IMG/VR virus record: IMGVR_UViG_3300046167_000012
Span: 1-60,562 of that record
DNA length: 60,562 bases
DNA from: a virus
Taxonomy: Duplodnaviria > Caudoviricetes
Reading direction: 5' to 3' (one strand)
The position numbers were made by a program, and so were the translations under genes. Position 1 is the stretch's first letter. The number at the start of each line of letters is the position of its first letter. Shown one piece after another: positions 8,232 to 18,435 of the stretch. A model generated the notes under the pieces. The model searched no databases. It saw only the letters and a program-made list of their open reading frames with translations, and was not told the origin of the DNA.

Positions 8232-10088
8232 TAACGCCTCCCATCTGTGCGCATATCTGCACGAGGTGTACCAAGCCTCCATTGTGTCCCGACCGTATTT
8301 GACGAAACTTTTAAAGCCATAGACCTACCTCGCAATCGGAAAAACAACTGCTCCGTAAATTGCTCGACAGGTGCTTCAGACGTACGCACTGCATTACCGG
8401 AATCTGTCTGATCAAAGTTAGCCCCGGGAAAATCCCTAGCACTCACTGTAAAAGTGGCTAGCGGAGTAGCGGTAGAATTACGAAATGTTAAGTCCGGTAA
8501 AACTCTTGACACAAACATAAACTTATCTCCGTCGCCCATATCTATAGCGCTGGATTCTATGTAGCTACTTATAGGGCTGGGAGGGTTAGTGCTACCATCG
8601 TCGAGCCCATCTTCATGGAAATATAAGTACCCATCGGTAGAAGCAGCTATAGGTAGATTGGAAAGAGCATTATCATACCATGCGGTGCGGGTAAGGTTTC
8701 CATAATACCAGCTGTTTTCGGCGTAGTTAAAAACTACATAACTATCATTTGTTTCGCTCTCGGTTGACGGGTAGAACCACCACACTTCGTTAAATTTACT
8801 GTTTAACCCTGAAGTTATTTTAGAACGTTGTGAAAGGTTCATACTGTCAAAAATATATTCTTCTATAGGACATGGGATAAGCTTTACGTTACCATCGTAC
8901 ACATAAAAGACTTCGTCGCCCATCCAGTAAACTGCGTCCCCAAAAGCAACGGCAGCGTTCTGTCCTGCGATAGAAGTATTTGTAGATACTTCAGATAAAC
9001 CAAAGGTAAACGGTGCCCCGATAAACTGCATTGAAGACACGGAGCGGTCTGTAAACACTATAACTTGTTGTTTGGTTTGTACCGCGGCAATGATTTCAGA
9101 ACCCGTACCTATACGTAGCTCTCCAGCAGTGTTAGTTGACGTTGCCGCCCAATCAGTAAAACTCTCTTGGTCAGAAAAACGTATAGTTAAAGGGTCAAGG
9201 TTTCCGGGATCACCTTGTGGATCACAGCCAAAAGCAAGAACGTGCCTGTCTCTTTCAGAAACAAGAACAAGATTAGCTGCTTGCGGCTGGTTGTTCCCGC
9301 TTAGTGTAGTAATATTCACCGCACGAGCAGAAGTACCCGCAGAAGCGTCCCAATAGTAGATGCCACCGCCACGTACATTAGCGATAAGGTCTTCCCCAAA
9401 ATTATCCATAGACCATAAACGAAGTTGAGCACCCGCTATAGATACGTCCGCCGCAGAACTCCAACTTCCACGACTCCAAGTACCCGCGCCCCACCCACTA
9501 CCACTAGCAGCAGAGTCTAAACCCGAATTTATTTGATACGTACCTACTACAGAACCGCCGCCATTTCCTGTATCTGATGAATTAGCTGTAACTGTAGCAC
9601 TAATGGTATACGAGTTGGCGTTGACTACGGAAGTAACCTGATACTCTTTGTTTAGTACTGCGGCGGTGATAGCACCACCAAGACTTACCGCCCCTGAAAA
9701 CGTGACAAAATCGTTTAAGAACACGCCATTATTTGTGTCTGATACAGTAATTGTAGAAGAACCATTAGTAGCCGCAAAGGTAACGTCCCCTGCGGAAGTT
9801 GTTGCACGTATAGGTGTAATGTCTATTGGATCGTTACCATCCAGTACATAAAGTTTTAAGTTAGTACCCGCGCTAATAAAAGTTTGCACCAGTAAGAGAT
9901 ATCCAACTATGAAGACCCCTACATGTGCCAAGAAAAGTACTGCTGGTGTATCGAGTCCAACCGCCGATAGTTTCAGGAAACCCTAAACGAAAACGGATTT
10001 TATCCCCATCTCGCCAACCACCTTCGTTAGTATAGTCAGTTGTATCCCGTACAATCCCGGGACGAAACTGAAGTTTTTGTAGTGGCAT
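8231..10088 (-). CDS. Tail nozzle / DNA-stabilisation protein (P22 gp10 / T7 gp12-like), interrupted by a +1 frameshift at ~9878-9881
   Basis: ORF 9873..10088 gives the N-terminus (MPLQKLQFRPGI...GGW) and ORF 8231..9931 the beta-propeller-like body. Removing one T from AAC TTTT ATT gives a continuous 618-aa protein. Confidence 0.7.
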
Positions 10089-10119
10089 ATTAAACCTCCA
10101 ACGGAATAATTACGAGCAT

Positions 10120-11046
10120 TTATAGAGACTCAAATGCAGTGACATCACCTTTTGCAGCTATGTTACCAGAGCTATCTATACGGAAAACGTTTGTGCCGTT
10201 ATAGGCAAAAGTTAAGTTTGTGCCTGCTGCTGTTACCGTCCAGCTTTGCGTTCCGCCTGTTATTGTAATAGCAGAGCCAAGCGTAGGTGTTGTGAGCGTA
10301 GGGCTTGAAGAAGGTGCTTTAGCATTAAGTTGTGTTTGTATGTTTGAGGTAACTCCATCAACAAAGTTTAACTCTTGCGTTGTTGCCGTAACTCCATCCA
10401 TTAAGTTAAGTTCAGCAGTTGTAGCTGTTAAGTCATCAAGAATATCAAACTCAGCAGTTGTAACGCCTGTAGCTCGTAAATCTTTAGCGTAGTTTAAGTC
10501 GTTAACATCACCAGTAAACCCATCGAGTTTATTAATCTCGGCGGTAGTAGATGTTACTCCGTCCATTATGTTTAACTCTGCGACGGTTGCAGTGACTGTA
10601 GTGCCTCCTATAACTAACGCTCCAAGGTCCAAAGAACCTGTAATATCTACAACAGCCGCACCAGAACCTGCACCGTCACAATATATAATCTTAGTTGCAC
10701 CCGTCGCCACACTGACGTTTGCCCCAGAACCTTGAGTAAATGTAGCTGTTTGACCGCTATTGTTCTTAACAATATATACATGCTGTCCGTTGTTTGGAGC
10801 CACAGTTACCGTGTTAGTGCCAGAAGGAGAACCCCCTAGTACGAGAACTTTATAATGCCCGTCAGAAGGTGCGCCATCACTGGTAGTCAAAGTATGTGTC
10901 GTGCCAGATAGAGTAATCGCGCCTACACCATTAATCAGGCGGTCTATTATATTCATGTTGTCGTTGACAGTATTGCCCCATGTAGAGGCTTGTTCTCCGT
11001 TGGCTGGAAGCTCTATACCACCATTATCTGTATATGTACTAGGCAT
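10120..11046 (-). CDS. Tail fibre/spike-like structural protein
   Basis: T/G-rich; repeated TATxAELNxMDGV units; TWG near the N-terminus; C-terminal GDVTAF. Confidence 0.6.
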   Translation of the reverse strand: MPSTYTDNGGIELPANGEQASTWGNTVNDNMNIIDRLINGVGAITLSGTTHTLTTSDGAPSDGHYKVLVLGGSPSGTNTVTVAPNNGQHVYIVKNNSGQTATFTQGSGANVSVATGATKIIYCDGAGSGAAVVDITGSLDLGALVIGGTTVTATVAELNIMDGVTSTTAEINKLDGFTGDVNDLNYAKDLRATGVTTAEFDILDDLTATTAELNLMDGVTATTQELNFVDGVTSNIQTQLNAKAPSSSPTLTTPTLGSAITITGGTQSWTVTAAGTNLTFAYNGTNVFRIDSSGNIAAKGDVTAFESL

Positions 11047-11055
11047 TGTTCATCC

Positions 11056-11688
11056 TCATGCTGCTATTCTTGTCCATACTGTACCGGGATTAGGTTTAAC
11101 TCTGCCCCATACAAGTGCTTGTCCGACACTACCTTCGGCCGATACCCCAATCAGAGTTACCAATCCTGTGCCTGTCATTGTTATAGAGCCTACACTACCT
11201 GTAGCTAAAACTCCAGTCACATCCGCACCTGCACCTGCTTGGCCTTGCGCCGTGCCTACAGACATAGCCCCGGATACACCTGTTACGGAGAACGTAGCGT
11301 TAGAAGTAGTAGAAACACTCGGAGTATTTGTAGTACCCGCAAGGCCCGAAAGGGCGATATCTGAACCACCTGTAGCAGTAACACTACCCGACGACCCAGT
11401 AGAACCTACACCGCTAACAGAAGTAGTAACATCAGTAGATGCGATTACGGGGTTAACACTGCCGCGTAATGGGTCAGTAGATAACGTAACTGTTGTCCCT
11501 GCATCTACCGATACATCGTTAACTACCCCAGAGCCTTGTACAGAGCCAAGAGTCAGACCTATCTGATCCCCAGTAACTGATGCAGTGCCTATAGCCCCGT
11601 TACCAACAACACCTGTAGCAACGAAAAGCTGCTCTCCACTACCTACGTCCGAGAAAGCTGCTGCTGAATATGGGGAGAAACCTAACAT
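11056..11688 (-). CDS. Virion structural protein (V/T/G/S-rich repeats)
   Basis: MLGFSPYSAAAFS start; periodic xTGVxxxGxVG repeats; tail region. Confidence 0.55.
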   Translation of the reverse strand: MLGFSPYSAAAFSDVGSGEQLFVATGVVGNGAIGTASVTGDQIGLTLGSVQGSGVVNDVSVDAGTTVTLSTDPLRGSVNPVIASTDVTTSVSGVGSTGSSGSVTATGGSDIALSGLAGTTNTPSVSTTSNATFSVTGVSGAMSVGTAQGQAGAGADVTGVLATGSVGSITMTGTGLVTLIGVSAEGSVGQALVWGRVKPNPGTVWTRIAA

Positions 11689-11727
11689 GCTACATAAGCC
11701 CTTTCATACGGATTAATCTTAGCGGCT

Positions 11728-11756
11728 ATTATACATTCGTAGGCTGTAAAACCAAG
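11728..11756 (-). promoter_or_regulatory. Possible internal late promoter
   Basis: Perfect TATAAT (11733-11728) in the gap before 11688; weak TTGGTT -35. Confidence 0.4.
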
Positions 11757-11760
11757 CATT

Positions 11761-12297
11761 TTATATTACCACCCTTTTTATCATATCCTCGTAAGTTATT
11801 TTTTGAAAATTAGTAAGTCTTGTAAGGCACTCAGGGCTTCTATCTTCAAAAGGATCAACATGATAAAAGTTAATCTTTGGGTATTTCTTTACAATCCATT
11901 CAAATTGTTTTTGCCAATCATTACTGATACTATCAGGTGCTACCCAGTTCTCAGGTGTATAGTATAGTTCACCAGAATATAAATTATTAACTTTCCCGTT
12001 GACACCATAGAAATCCATACCAACTAAGAATATATTATCTGATTTAACTTTTTTAGCCGCTAGGTATGCGCCTGTTGCCCCCGATGAGTACTTCACTGTA
12101 GACTTATGGTGGTTTTTAATATTAGGGTATTCCTCAGATATATGTTTAGTAATATCTTCATCGGAAGTTATTAGTATGTCAGGTTCAAATTCATCTCTGA
12201 AAAACCAATTACATGCTATTATGTAAGCATTAGGTATAGCCTTCAAGTCTCTACCTTTTCGGGATTTACCGTTACCGACTACCACTGAGTTCAACAA
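11761..12297 (-). CDS. Maf/MptE-like (CstII-type sialyltransferase-like fold) nucleotide-sugar transferase
   Basis: VVVGNGKS...IIACN..FR..FEPDILITSD...SSGATG...IFLVGMDF. Start refined to a TTG near 12297 with GGAGG upstream. Confidence 0.55.
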   Translation of the reverse strand: MLNSVVVGNGKSRKGRDLKAIPNAYIIACNWFFRDEFEPDILITSDEDITKHISEEYPNIKNHHKSTVKYSSGATGAYLAAKKVKSDNIFLVGMDFYGVNGKVNNLYSGELYYTPENWVAPDSISNDWQKQFEWIVKKYPKINFYHVDPFEDRSPECLTRLTNFQKITYEDMIKRVVI

Positions 12298-12763
12298 GCG
12301 TTTCCTCCCACTCTGCGATAACTTCTTCAGAGAAACCTTCTGTTTCAAACCACTTCCTATCTAACAACCTATACTTTGGTTGAGGGTCAACGCATAGCAC
12401 TGTGGGGATATTTTGCTCGTAGTATAGGGAACACGCTATTCTATGTGCACCGCCGTTAATTGTTTTTACATAATCAGAGTATATAGGGTATTCTTTATTG
12501 TAACCTTGTGTTTCAAAGTTATTAATTAAACGGTCAAAACTATCTATGTAATCTTGTATATTATTCTTTGGGGTTTGCTTAGGTATATACTTATCAATAG
12601 GTTCTACTGCGTCTGTTTGCTGGTATATACACTTTTTGTACAGTTCTTTATAACGTGGGTAGTTTATATTAGTATGCTTAGATTTTACATATAGATATTT
12701 ACATATGATGTCTAACCTATCATCGGCTAAAAAATATGTAGGGGCTACTTCAACGGTTTTCAT
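12272..12763 (-). CDS. Hypothetical protein with ParB/Srx-like motif
   Basis: FETQGYNKEYPI...INGGAHRIACSL resembles the ParB-N GxHR motif. Confidence 0.45.
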   Translation of the reverse strand: MKTVEVAPTYFLADDRLDIICKYLYVKSKHTNINYPRYKELYKKCIYQQTDAVEPIDKYIPKQTPKNNIQDYIDSFDRLINNFETQGYNKEYPIYSDYVKTINGGAHRIACSLYYEQNIPTVLCVDPQPKYRLLDRKWFETEGFSEEVIAEWEETLVELSGSR

Positions 12764-13701
12764 TACACACTTCCGTATACTGTACCGTTATTTGTGTAAG
12801 TATATGAGTAGCCTGTATTGATAGCGTCACCACCGACACCGCCACCATTCTCACCAGTGCGACCCCAACCGCCACCACCATTAGTATTAGCTCCATCTGT
12901 GTTCTGTGTTGCGCTTAGAACAGAACCACCTTGAGCAGGGTTATTAGGTACATTTCCAGATACAGTAACTGTTCCACAACCACCACCATAGAAAGAACCG
13001 CAAGACTGACCACTACATGAAGAATAGGTTGTAGAAGGTATAACACCTCCACCACCTTGATCACCACCTGTACCACCCTGTACTGTTACGGCACAAGTAA
13101 AACCACTTGCAGAACCGTTTGTTCTATTAAGACCGCCATAAGATAAATAACCTGTTGTACTACCATTATTTGAAGCTGTGTTATATGCACTTTGGCCAGC
13201 GCCACCGCCACCACCAGCACCGCCGCCTCCACCGCCACCCCCTGCAATAAATGCACCGGTGTTATTAGTCACTATAGTGCTAAGTGCGTTTATCTTAATA
13301 GCGTGTCCGCCCGCACCGCTAGCGCTGCCTCCATAACCAAAAATAGCACCATTGTTTATGACTTCTGACTCAGCTACATCAATCGTTAGTGCCGGTTCAG
13401 TTGTTGTCGTTGACCGAATATATACACCAGAGTTTACAGTCATTATAATAGGTACGGTTCCATCCCAACCCGCGGCTGTTGCTAAAGTACTCAAGTCAGT
13501 ACCGCCAGCTTCCACGCTAGATGTAAGGTTAAAAGCAAAGGCACTTTGTGCCCCATACCACTCAGACATAGACATTCGAGCTCCTGCGACCTTATCAATA
13601 AGCCCTCGAACATCCGCGTCGTTCATAGAAGTTGCACCAGAAATATCAAGTTCTGTCATTATGTTTTGAATAGATATTGTACCGCTTGGCGTTATTGGCA
13701 T
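12763..13701 (-). CDS. Glycine-rich adhesin / tail-fibre tip (T-even gp38-like)
   Basis: N-terminal PSGTISIQNIMTEL; AAGWDG; NNGAIFGYGG; poly-Gly loops; ends NNGTVYG. Confidence 0.6.
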   Translation of the reverse strand: MPITPSGTISIQNIMTELDISGATSMNDADVRGLIDKVAGARMSMSEWYGAQSAFAFNLTSSVEAGGTDLSTLATAAGWDGTVPIIMTVNSGVYIRSTTTTEPALTIDVAESEVINNGAIFGYGGSASGAGGHAIKINALSTIVTNNTGAFIAGGGGGGGGAGGGGGAGQSAYNTASNNGSTTGYLSYGGLNRTNGSASGFTCAVTVQGGTGGDQGGGGVIPSTTYSSCSGQSCGSFYGGGCGTVTVSGNVPNNPAQGGSVLSATQNTDGANTNGGGGWGRTGENGGGVGGDAINTGYSYTYTNNGTVYGSV

Positions 13702-13714
13702 AATTTAAACCCTT

Positions 13715-14083
13715 CTACCCTAATAAATCTACTACCACCCACTGCAGGGTATCCTCATCCCATACATATTGATTTTCAGTATCCGATGGATATTTTACTG
13801 GGGCTTCGTATTTACAAATAGTTTCATTTAAAACCCATGATGGAAAGGCTTTACCTCCAATAAAAGCATCTCTATCTTTATCGTAAGTATCGCCAATACC
13901 AGCGTAGTTTTTTCTAAAATTTGAATTATAAGAAGTTTGCACCCAATCTCCACCCAAAAGATTAGTGCAAAAAGCTTTGCCAACTTCTTCAGACTCGTTC
14001 CCATCGGCGTCGAGTATATCAGAGTTATCTACAACTATAACATCAGTAACAATACCGTCTACAATTTTTGCAAAGTGTGCCAT
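13715..14083 (-). CDS. Conserved phage tail-fibre-associated protein
   Basis: MAHFAK...WVQTSYN..FRKNYAGIG.TYD...DAFI...FPSWVLNE pattern, typically found next to Gly-rich fibre genes. Confidence 0.55.
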   Translation of the reverse strand: MAHFAKIVDGIVTDVIVVDNSDILDADGNESEEVGKAFCTNLLGGDWVQTSYNSNFRKNYAGIGDTYDKDRDAFIGGKAFPSWVLNETICKYEAPVKYPSDTENQYVWDEDTLQWVVVDLLG

Positions 14084-14094
14084 AGTATTCCTCT

Positions 14095-15051
14095 TTATTG
14101 ATATTTGTATTTAATTACGACAATGCCCGAACCACCAGTTCCTGATGAATTTCCACCACCCCAACTAGCACCTCCGCCGCCGCCAGTGTTTGTCGATCCG
14201 CTTCCAGCAGTATAAAAACTGCTACCGCTACCGCCACCGCCGTAGCCGTAGCCGCCACCAGACCAACCAGTACCACCGCCGCCACCACCTCTTGTTACTG
14301 AAGTACCAGTTATTGAGCTAGATTTACCATTACCGCCGTGACCGCCTAGATTACCGCCTCTTGCGTTGGCATTTTGTCCAGACGCATTTGCTCCGCCGCC
14401 GCCGCCGCCAGCGAGTCTTTGTCCATAACCACCATTATAACCTTGCCCTGATGTTCCAGCTCCACCACTATAAGTCGAACCACCACCACCGGGCATACCG
14501 CCACCACCGCCAGAACCCCCTGATCGTCCATTTTGGTTCTGTGCGCCGCCGCCACCGCCACCTGTTGAGGTAATTCCTACCGCATAACTACTGCCACCAT
14601 TGCCTCCCAAACCCCATTCGCTAGTGCTTCGACTACCGCCGCCGCCTATTGAAACTGAGTATCCAGTTGCGCTGAGTACACCGCTAGTGCCTGTTTGGTA
14701 GCCGCCGCCGCCACCACCACCTAAAGAGCCGCCGCCGCCACCACCAGCAACTATTAAGTATTCCACAGTATTAGAACCAGCCGCATTACCAATAGTAGTA
14801 ACTATAAACGTACCAGAACCTGTGAACACATGGATTTTATAGTCACCACTTGTTGTTACGCTACCACCAGTAGCGGCGATAAATTGAGCATTAGCTTTGC
14901 CGTGGCCTTGAGCCATAGTAATTTGACCTGAAGCATCATCAAATAGAGTTCTTACAGCACTGTCATTCATACTTATTTGGGCTGTACCACTTAGGCCAAG
15001 CTCTACATTAACTTGGTTAAGAGTTATCTGTCCGCTAGATGGTAACGTCAT
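14095..15051 (-). CDS. Glycine-rich tail-associated/receptor-binding protein
   Basis: LPSSGQITLNQVNVELG; ATGG..TTSGDYKIHVFTGSG; EYLIVAGGGGG; GGSGIVVIKY. Confidence 0.7.
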   Translation of the reverse strand: MTLPSSGQITLNQVNVELGLSGTAQISMNDSAVRTLFDDASGQITMAQGHGKANAQFIAATGGSVTTSGDYKIHVFTGSGTFIVTTIGNAAGSNTVEYLIVAGGGGGGSLGGGGGGGYQTGTSGVLSATGYSVSIGGGGSRSTSEWGLGGNGGSSYAVGITSTGGGGGGAQNQNGRSGGSGGGGGMPGGGGSTYSGGAGTSGQGYNGGYGQRLAGGGGGGANASGQNANARGGNLGGHGGNGKSSSITGTSVTRGGGGGGTGWSGGGYGYGGGGSGSSFYTAGSGSTNTGGGGGASWGGGNSSGTGGSGIVVIKYKYQ

Positions 15052-15054
15052 GTG

Positions 15055-18000
15055 TTATCTCGCTTTTAGCTCTTCGATTTCAGCTTTAAGTTCTTTGATT
15101 GCTTCAATCATTAAGCCATGAAGTTGATCGTATTGCACTGTCTTGTATTCAGTCTTATCATCTTCACCCATCTTGAGGGGCAACGTGCTTTCAGTAATTG
15201 CACTTGGCATTACCTTCTCAACTTCTTGCGCTATAACACCAGCAGACTTTTTGCCATCAGCTAAGTATTCAAATGTGTAGCCATTTAGCTGTGATACTTT
15301 ATCCAAGGCATTGTCTATCTTAACGATGTCTTTCTTTAGACGCTCATCTGATATTGTTGTAGAGTAAGCAATGACGTTGCCATCTGCATGAATATCCCCA
15401 TCAGATTCAATTCTAGCACGAATACCGCCGTTGATTACAAAATCAAGGTATGAGTTGTCGCCCCATCCTAAATAGTCATTACTATCAAGGCCAAAGCTAG
15501 ATGCATGAACACTGCCTGTTACTGTGACACCGCTACTCGTTGTCTCAAGTTTCTTGGAGTTGTTGTGGTATAGCTCTACTGCTCCATTCGGTATAGCTTT
15601 AATCATATTTTCAGATGCTGTTTTAATCTGGATTGGGTGGTCATTTTGAGCCACAATCTGATTATAACCGCCAGCATCATGGTAAATCTGAAGGTCATCA
15701 CTAGTCCCTAAGACAACTCTTTGATTGTCTGTAAACTTTGCATAGCTATTAAAATAAGCATAACCAGCATCAGACATATCAAGGGTGAGGGCTGTGATAC
15801 CCACACCACCATCAACGCCTTCAAACTTTATATCTGCGTCTGAACGAGCAGAGTAGATTTGCACATCAGAACCTGTATTTCGTATTTTGAAAAACTCAGT
15901 TCCTGCATCTTTAAAAAATACACTGCCACCATCAGCATCAAGATTAATGTTTCCTGTAACGTCTAATGTTAAGTCGCCGTTAGGTGCAGATATAAGACCA
16001 TTTACACCAGAGTTACCTATTGATAAATCTCCGTCATTTCCAAATATAGCCACGCCATTATCATTGACGATTAAATTGTTAGTGCCTCCAACAGTAATAT
16101 TACCACCAGATGTTATAGCACCATTAAAAGTAGCCGCACCTGCCGCTGACATATCAAGTGTGAGAGCGACTATGTTACTGCCGCCATCACTACCTCTAAA
16201 TATTATATCTCCATCTGAAATGGATGACTCTATAAAGAAATTGTTTCCGTTTTTGAAGAAAGTTCCGTATCTAGTCCCACCATCTTCTATATGTACTGCA
16301 CCTACATTATCAGCATCAAGGATAATGTCTCCTGATACATCTAGCGTTAGATTGCCGTTTTGTGCCGCAATCTGTCCGTTTGTTCCATCGCTGTATATTT
16401 CTAAATCGTTTCCTACACCTAGACTTAGGACGTTTCCATCACCAAGTTTTACTGCATCATTAAAAGTAGCCGCACCTGCCGCTGACATATCAAGGGTGAG
16501 GGCTGTTATTTCACTACCGCCATCGTTACCTTTAAAAAACATATCTCTGTCTGAACCAATTGCCCTAAACTCTACTCCATTATTTGCAGGTTTAGTGATA
16601 CTTGCAAAATGAAATGCACCTGCTTTTAGCTGTATATCGTCACCATCAGCATCAAGAATTATGTCACCTGCAACGTCTAGTGTTAAGTCGCCAGCGCTAT
16701 TTTCAAGATAACCATTAGAATTATCGTGATAAAAAACAATGTCACCATCAGTACCAAGCCTTATAGCGTGGTTATCAGTAAGCCTTACATCATCAGCAAA
16801 GTACGCTGTGCCGCCTGTTGACATATCAAGGGTGAGCGCTGTGATGGTTGAACCGCCATCATTACCTTGGAATATCATGTCTTTGTCTTGAACTTTACTT
16901 ATTAATGTAAAATTAGAACTAGCGCCGTAAACCATTCCGAAGTTAGTGCCATTATCGTTGAAGCGAATTGTTCCATCGCCATCAGCATCAAGGTTAATTT
17001 CTCCTGCAACGTCTAGTGTGAAGTTGCCAGTAGCATTAGATATGTTCCCTGAAACTTGGACGCCTGTTGATGTTGTAGCTAGTTTTGTAGAGCCGTTGTG
17101 CATTAACTCCACAGCACCATTGGCTATGGCTCTAAGTGAAGTCTCATCTCCCGATGTTTTAAGTCGAATGTCATTGTTTCTTATGTTTAAAACGCCTGTA
17201 TTATTGATAATTTCAGAGTTAGACCCATCATGGTAAATTTGTAGGTCAGACCCAGTACCAAACTTAGCTTTGACGTTATCATTATACAGGACATCGCCTG
17301 TCATAGTGCCACCAGCTAGTGCCAAGGTGGTTGATTCATTAGCTAACGGAACCCACGCACCAGAGTGTGCGAAGTAGGCTTTTCCTGTTGCATGGACATG
17401 AGCAAACATACCGTGATAAGTAGTAGCACTTGGCAAGTCAACTAGGTTTGAATACATGTTAGCGAAGAGCATCTTGTTGCCGTTGCCATCTATATTACCG
17501 GACATAGTGCCGCCAGCTTTTGGTAAAGCATTATTTGCGGTTGTGCCTTGAGCGGCGGTTGCGTAATCGCTAGAGTTGAAAGCCTTAACTTGTGCAAGGT
17601 TAGTAACCTCACTATCCATCAAGGCTCCGGCAGAAGTGACATTAGCCGTATCAGTTACGTCTGCGCCGTCTTCTACATTTAAAGCGGATAAGAGAGAACC
17701 TTTTGCGATAGAACCAGTTAAACCTACAACGGCTTGGACAGCATCTGTCTGATCGTGTTTCGACCAATTACTCGCATAAGTAGAAGTAGACGCATTATCT
17801 GTAGTAGCAACAATGTTGTCTCCCACTGCAAATGATATACCATTAACCGTACCCGCCCCTGAAACGTAATAGAACCAGCCTGTTTGGGCAGAGCCACTAC
17901 CGGGGAAACTACCTGAACCTGCGTTCCAGTCACCTTTATAGACCATACCGTTTTCAAGTGCGGCAATATCAGTCTCCATTTGGTCAAGATTGACCGCTTG

Positions 18001-18417
18001 TGTAACCGTAACAAAGTCTAACTTAGTTCCGTCAGCGGCTACGTCACGCCCGTCAACTGTACCGCCCACAACTAAGTTGTTGCCAATGGTTACATTATTA
18101 CTCGCATCCTCAACTACAGCCTTATCTGCAGGGTAGGTCAGAAATATATTCTTTGTCCCTACACCCCAGTTAACAGCGCTATTGGAGTTAGAAGACGTAA
18201 ACACCGTTGTGCGGGTAATAGTCCCCCCACTAGACGCATAAGTTCCAAGGCCAACCTCGAAATCCACATTATCCGTTATCGAGTAATAGACAGTGTCAGC
18301 GTTAGATACCTCGGAAGCAAATGTTTGGAAGCCCGGTACCGCACCTCCCAGAGTGTAAGCCCCTGTACCCGTAGAGTTAGTAGTTTCTTGTACGCGATCG
18401 GCGACGATTAAGGCCAT
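15055..18417 (-). CDS. Long tail fibre with C-terminal intramolecular chaperone (peptidase S74)
   Basis: ADRVQETT N-terminus; ~112-aa repeats; SDERLKKDI...GVIAQEVEKVMP...IEAIKELKAEIEELK. Confidence 0.88.
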   Translation of the reverse strand: MALIVADRVQETTNSTGTGAYTLGGAVPGFQTFASEVSNADTVYYSITDNVDFEVGLGTYASSGGTITRTTVFTSSNSNSAVNWGVGTKNIFLTYPADKAVVEDASNNVTIGNNLVVGGTVDGRDVAADGTKLDFVTVTQAVNLDQMETDIAALENGMVYKGDWNAGSGSFPGSGSAQTGWFYYVSGAGTVNGISFAVGDNIVATTDNASTSTYASNWSKHDQTDAVQAVVGLTGSIAKGSLLSALNVEDGADVTDTANVTSAGALMDSEVTNLAQVKAFNSSDYATAAQGTTANNALPKAGGTMSGNIDGNGNKMLFANMYSNLVDLPSATTYHGMFAHVHATGKAYFAHSGAWVPLANESTTLALAGGTMTGDVLYNDNVKAKFGTGSDLQIYHDGSNSEIINNTGVLNIRNNDIRLKTSGDETSLRAIANGAVELMHNGSTKLATTSTGVQVSGNISNATGNFTLDVAGEINLDADGDGTIRFNDNGTNFGMVYGASSNFTLISKVQDKDMIFQGNDGGSTITALTLDMSTGGTAYFADDVRLTDNHAIRLGTDGDIVFYHDNSNGYLENSAGDLTLDVAGDIILDADGDDIQLKAGAFHFASITKPANNGVEFRAIGSDRDMFFKGNDGGSEITALTLDMSAAGAATFNDAVKLGDGNVLSLGVGNDLEIYSDGTNGQIAAQNGNLTLDVSGDIILDADNVGAVHIEDGGTRYGTFFKNGNNFFIESSISDGDIIFRGSDGGSNIVALTLDMSAAGAATFNGAITSGGNITVGGTNNLIVNDNGVAIFGNDGDLSIGNSGVNGLISAPNGDLTLDVTGNINLDADGGSVFFKDAGTEFFKIRNTGSDVQIYSARSDADIKFEGVDGGVGITALTLDMSDAGYAYFNSYAKFTDNQRVVLGTSDDLQIYHDAGGYNQIVAQNDHPIQIKTASENMIKAIPNGAVELYHNNSKKLETTSSGVTVTGSVHASSFGLDSNDYLGWGDNSYLDFVINGGIRARIESDGDIHADGNVIAYSTTISDERLKKDIVKIDNALDKVSQLNGYTFEYLADGKKSAGVIAQEVEKVMPSAITESTLPLKMGEDDKTEYKTVQYDQLHGLMIEAIKELKAEIEELKAR
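15773..16830. repeat. Four internal repeat units in the tail-fibre gene
   Basis: GACATATCAAG cores at 15773, 16148, 16484 and 16820 (TALTLDMS). Exact 37-bp repeat at 16122-16158 and 16458-16494. Confidence 0.85.
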
Positions 18418-18435
18418 AGGGCAACCCCTTTATTT

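Noticed and set aside
12763-18417. Diversity-generating retroelement acting on fibres
   Set aside because: No reverse transcriptase and no adenine-specific TR/VR pair; the repeats are in-frame structural units.
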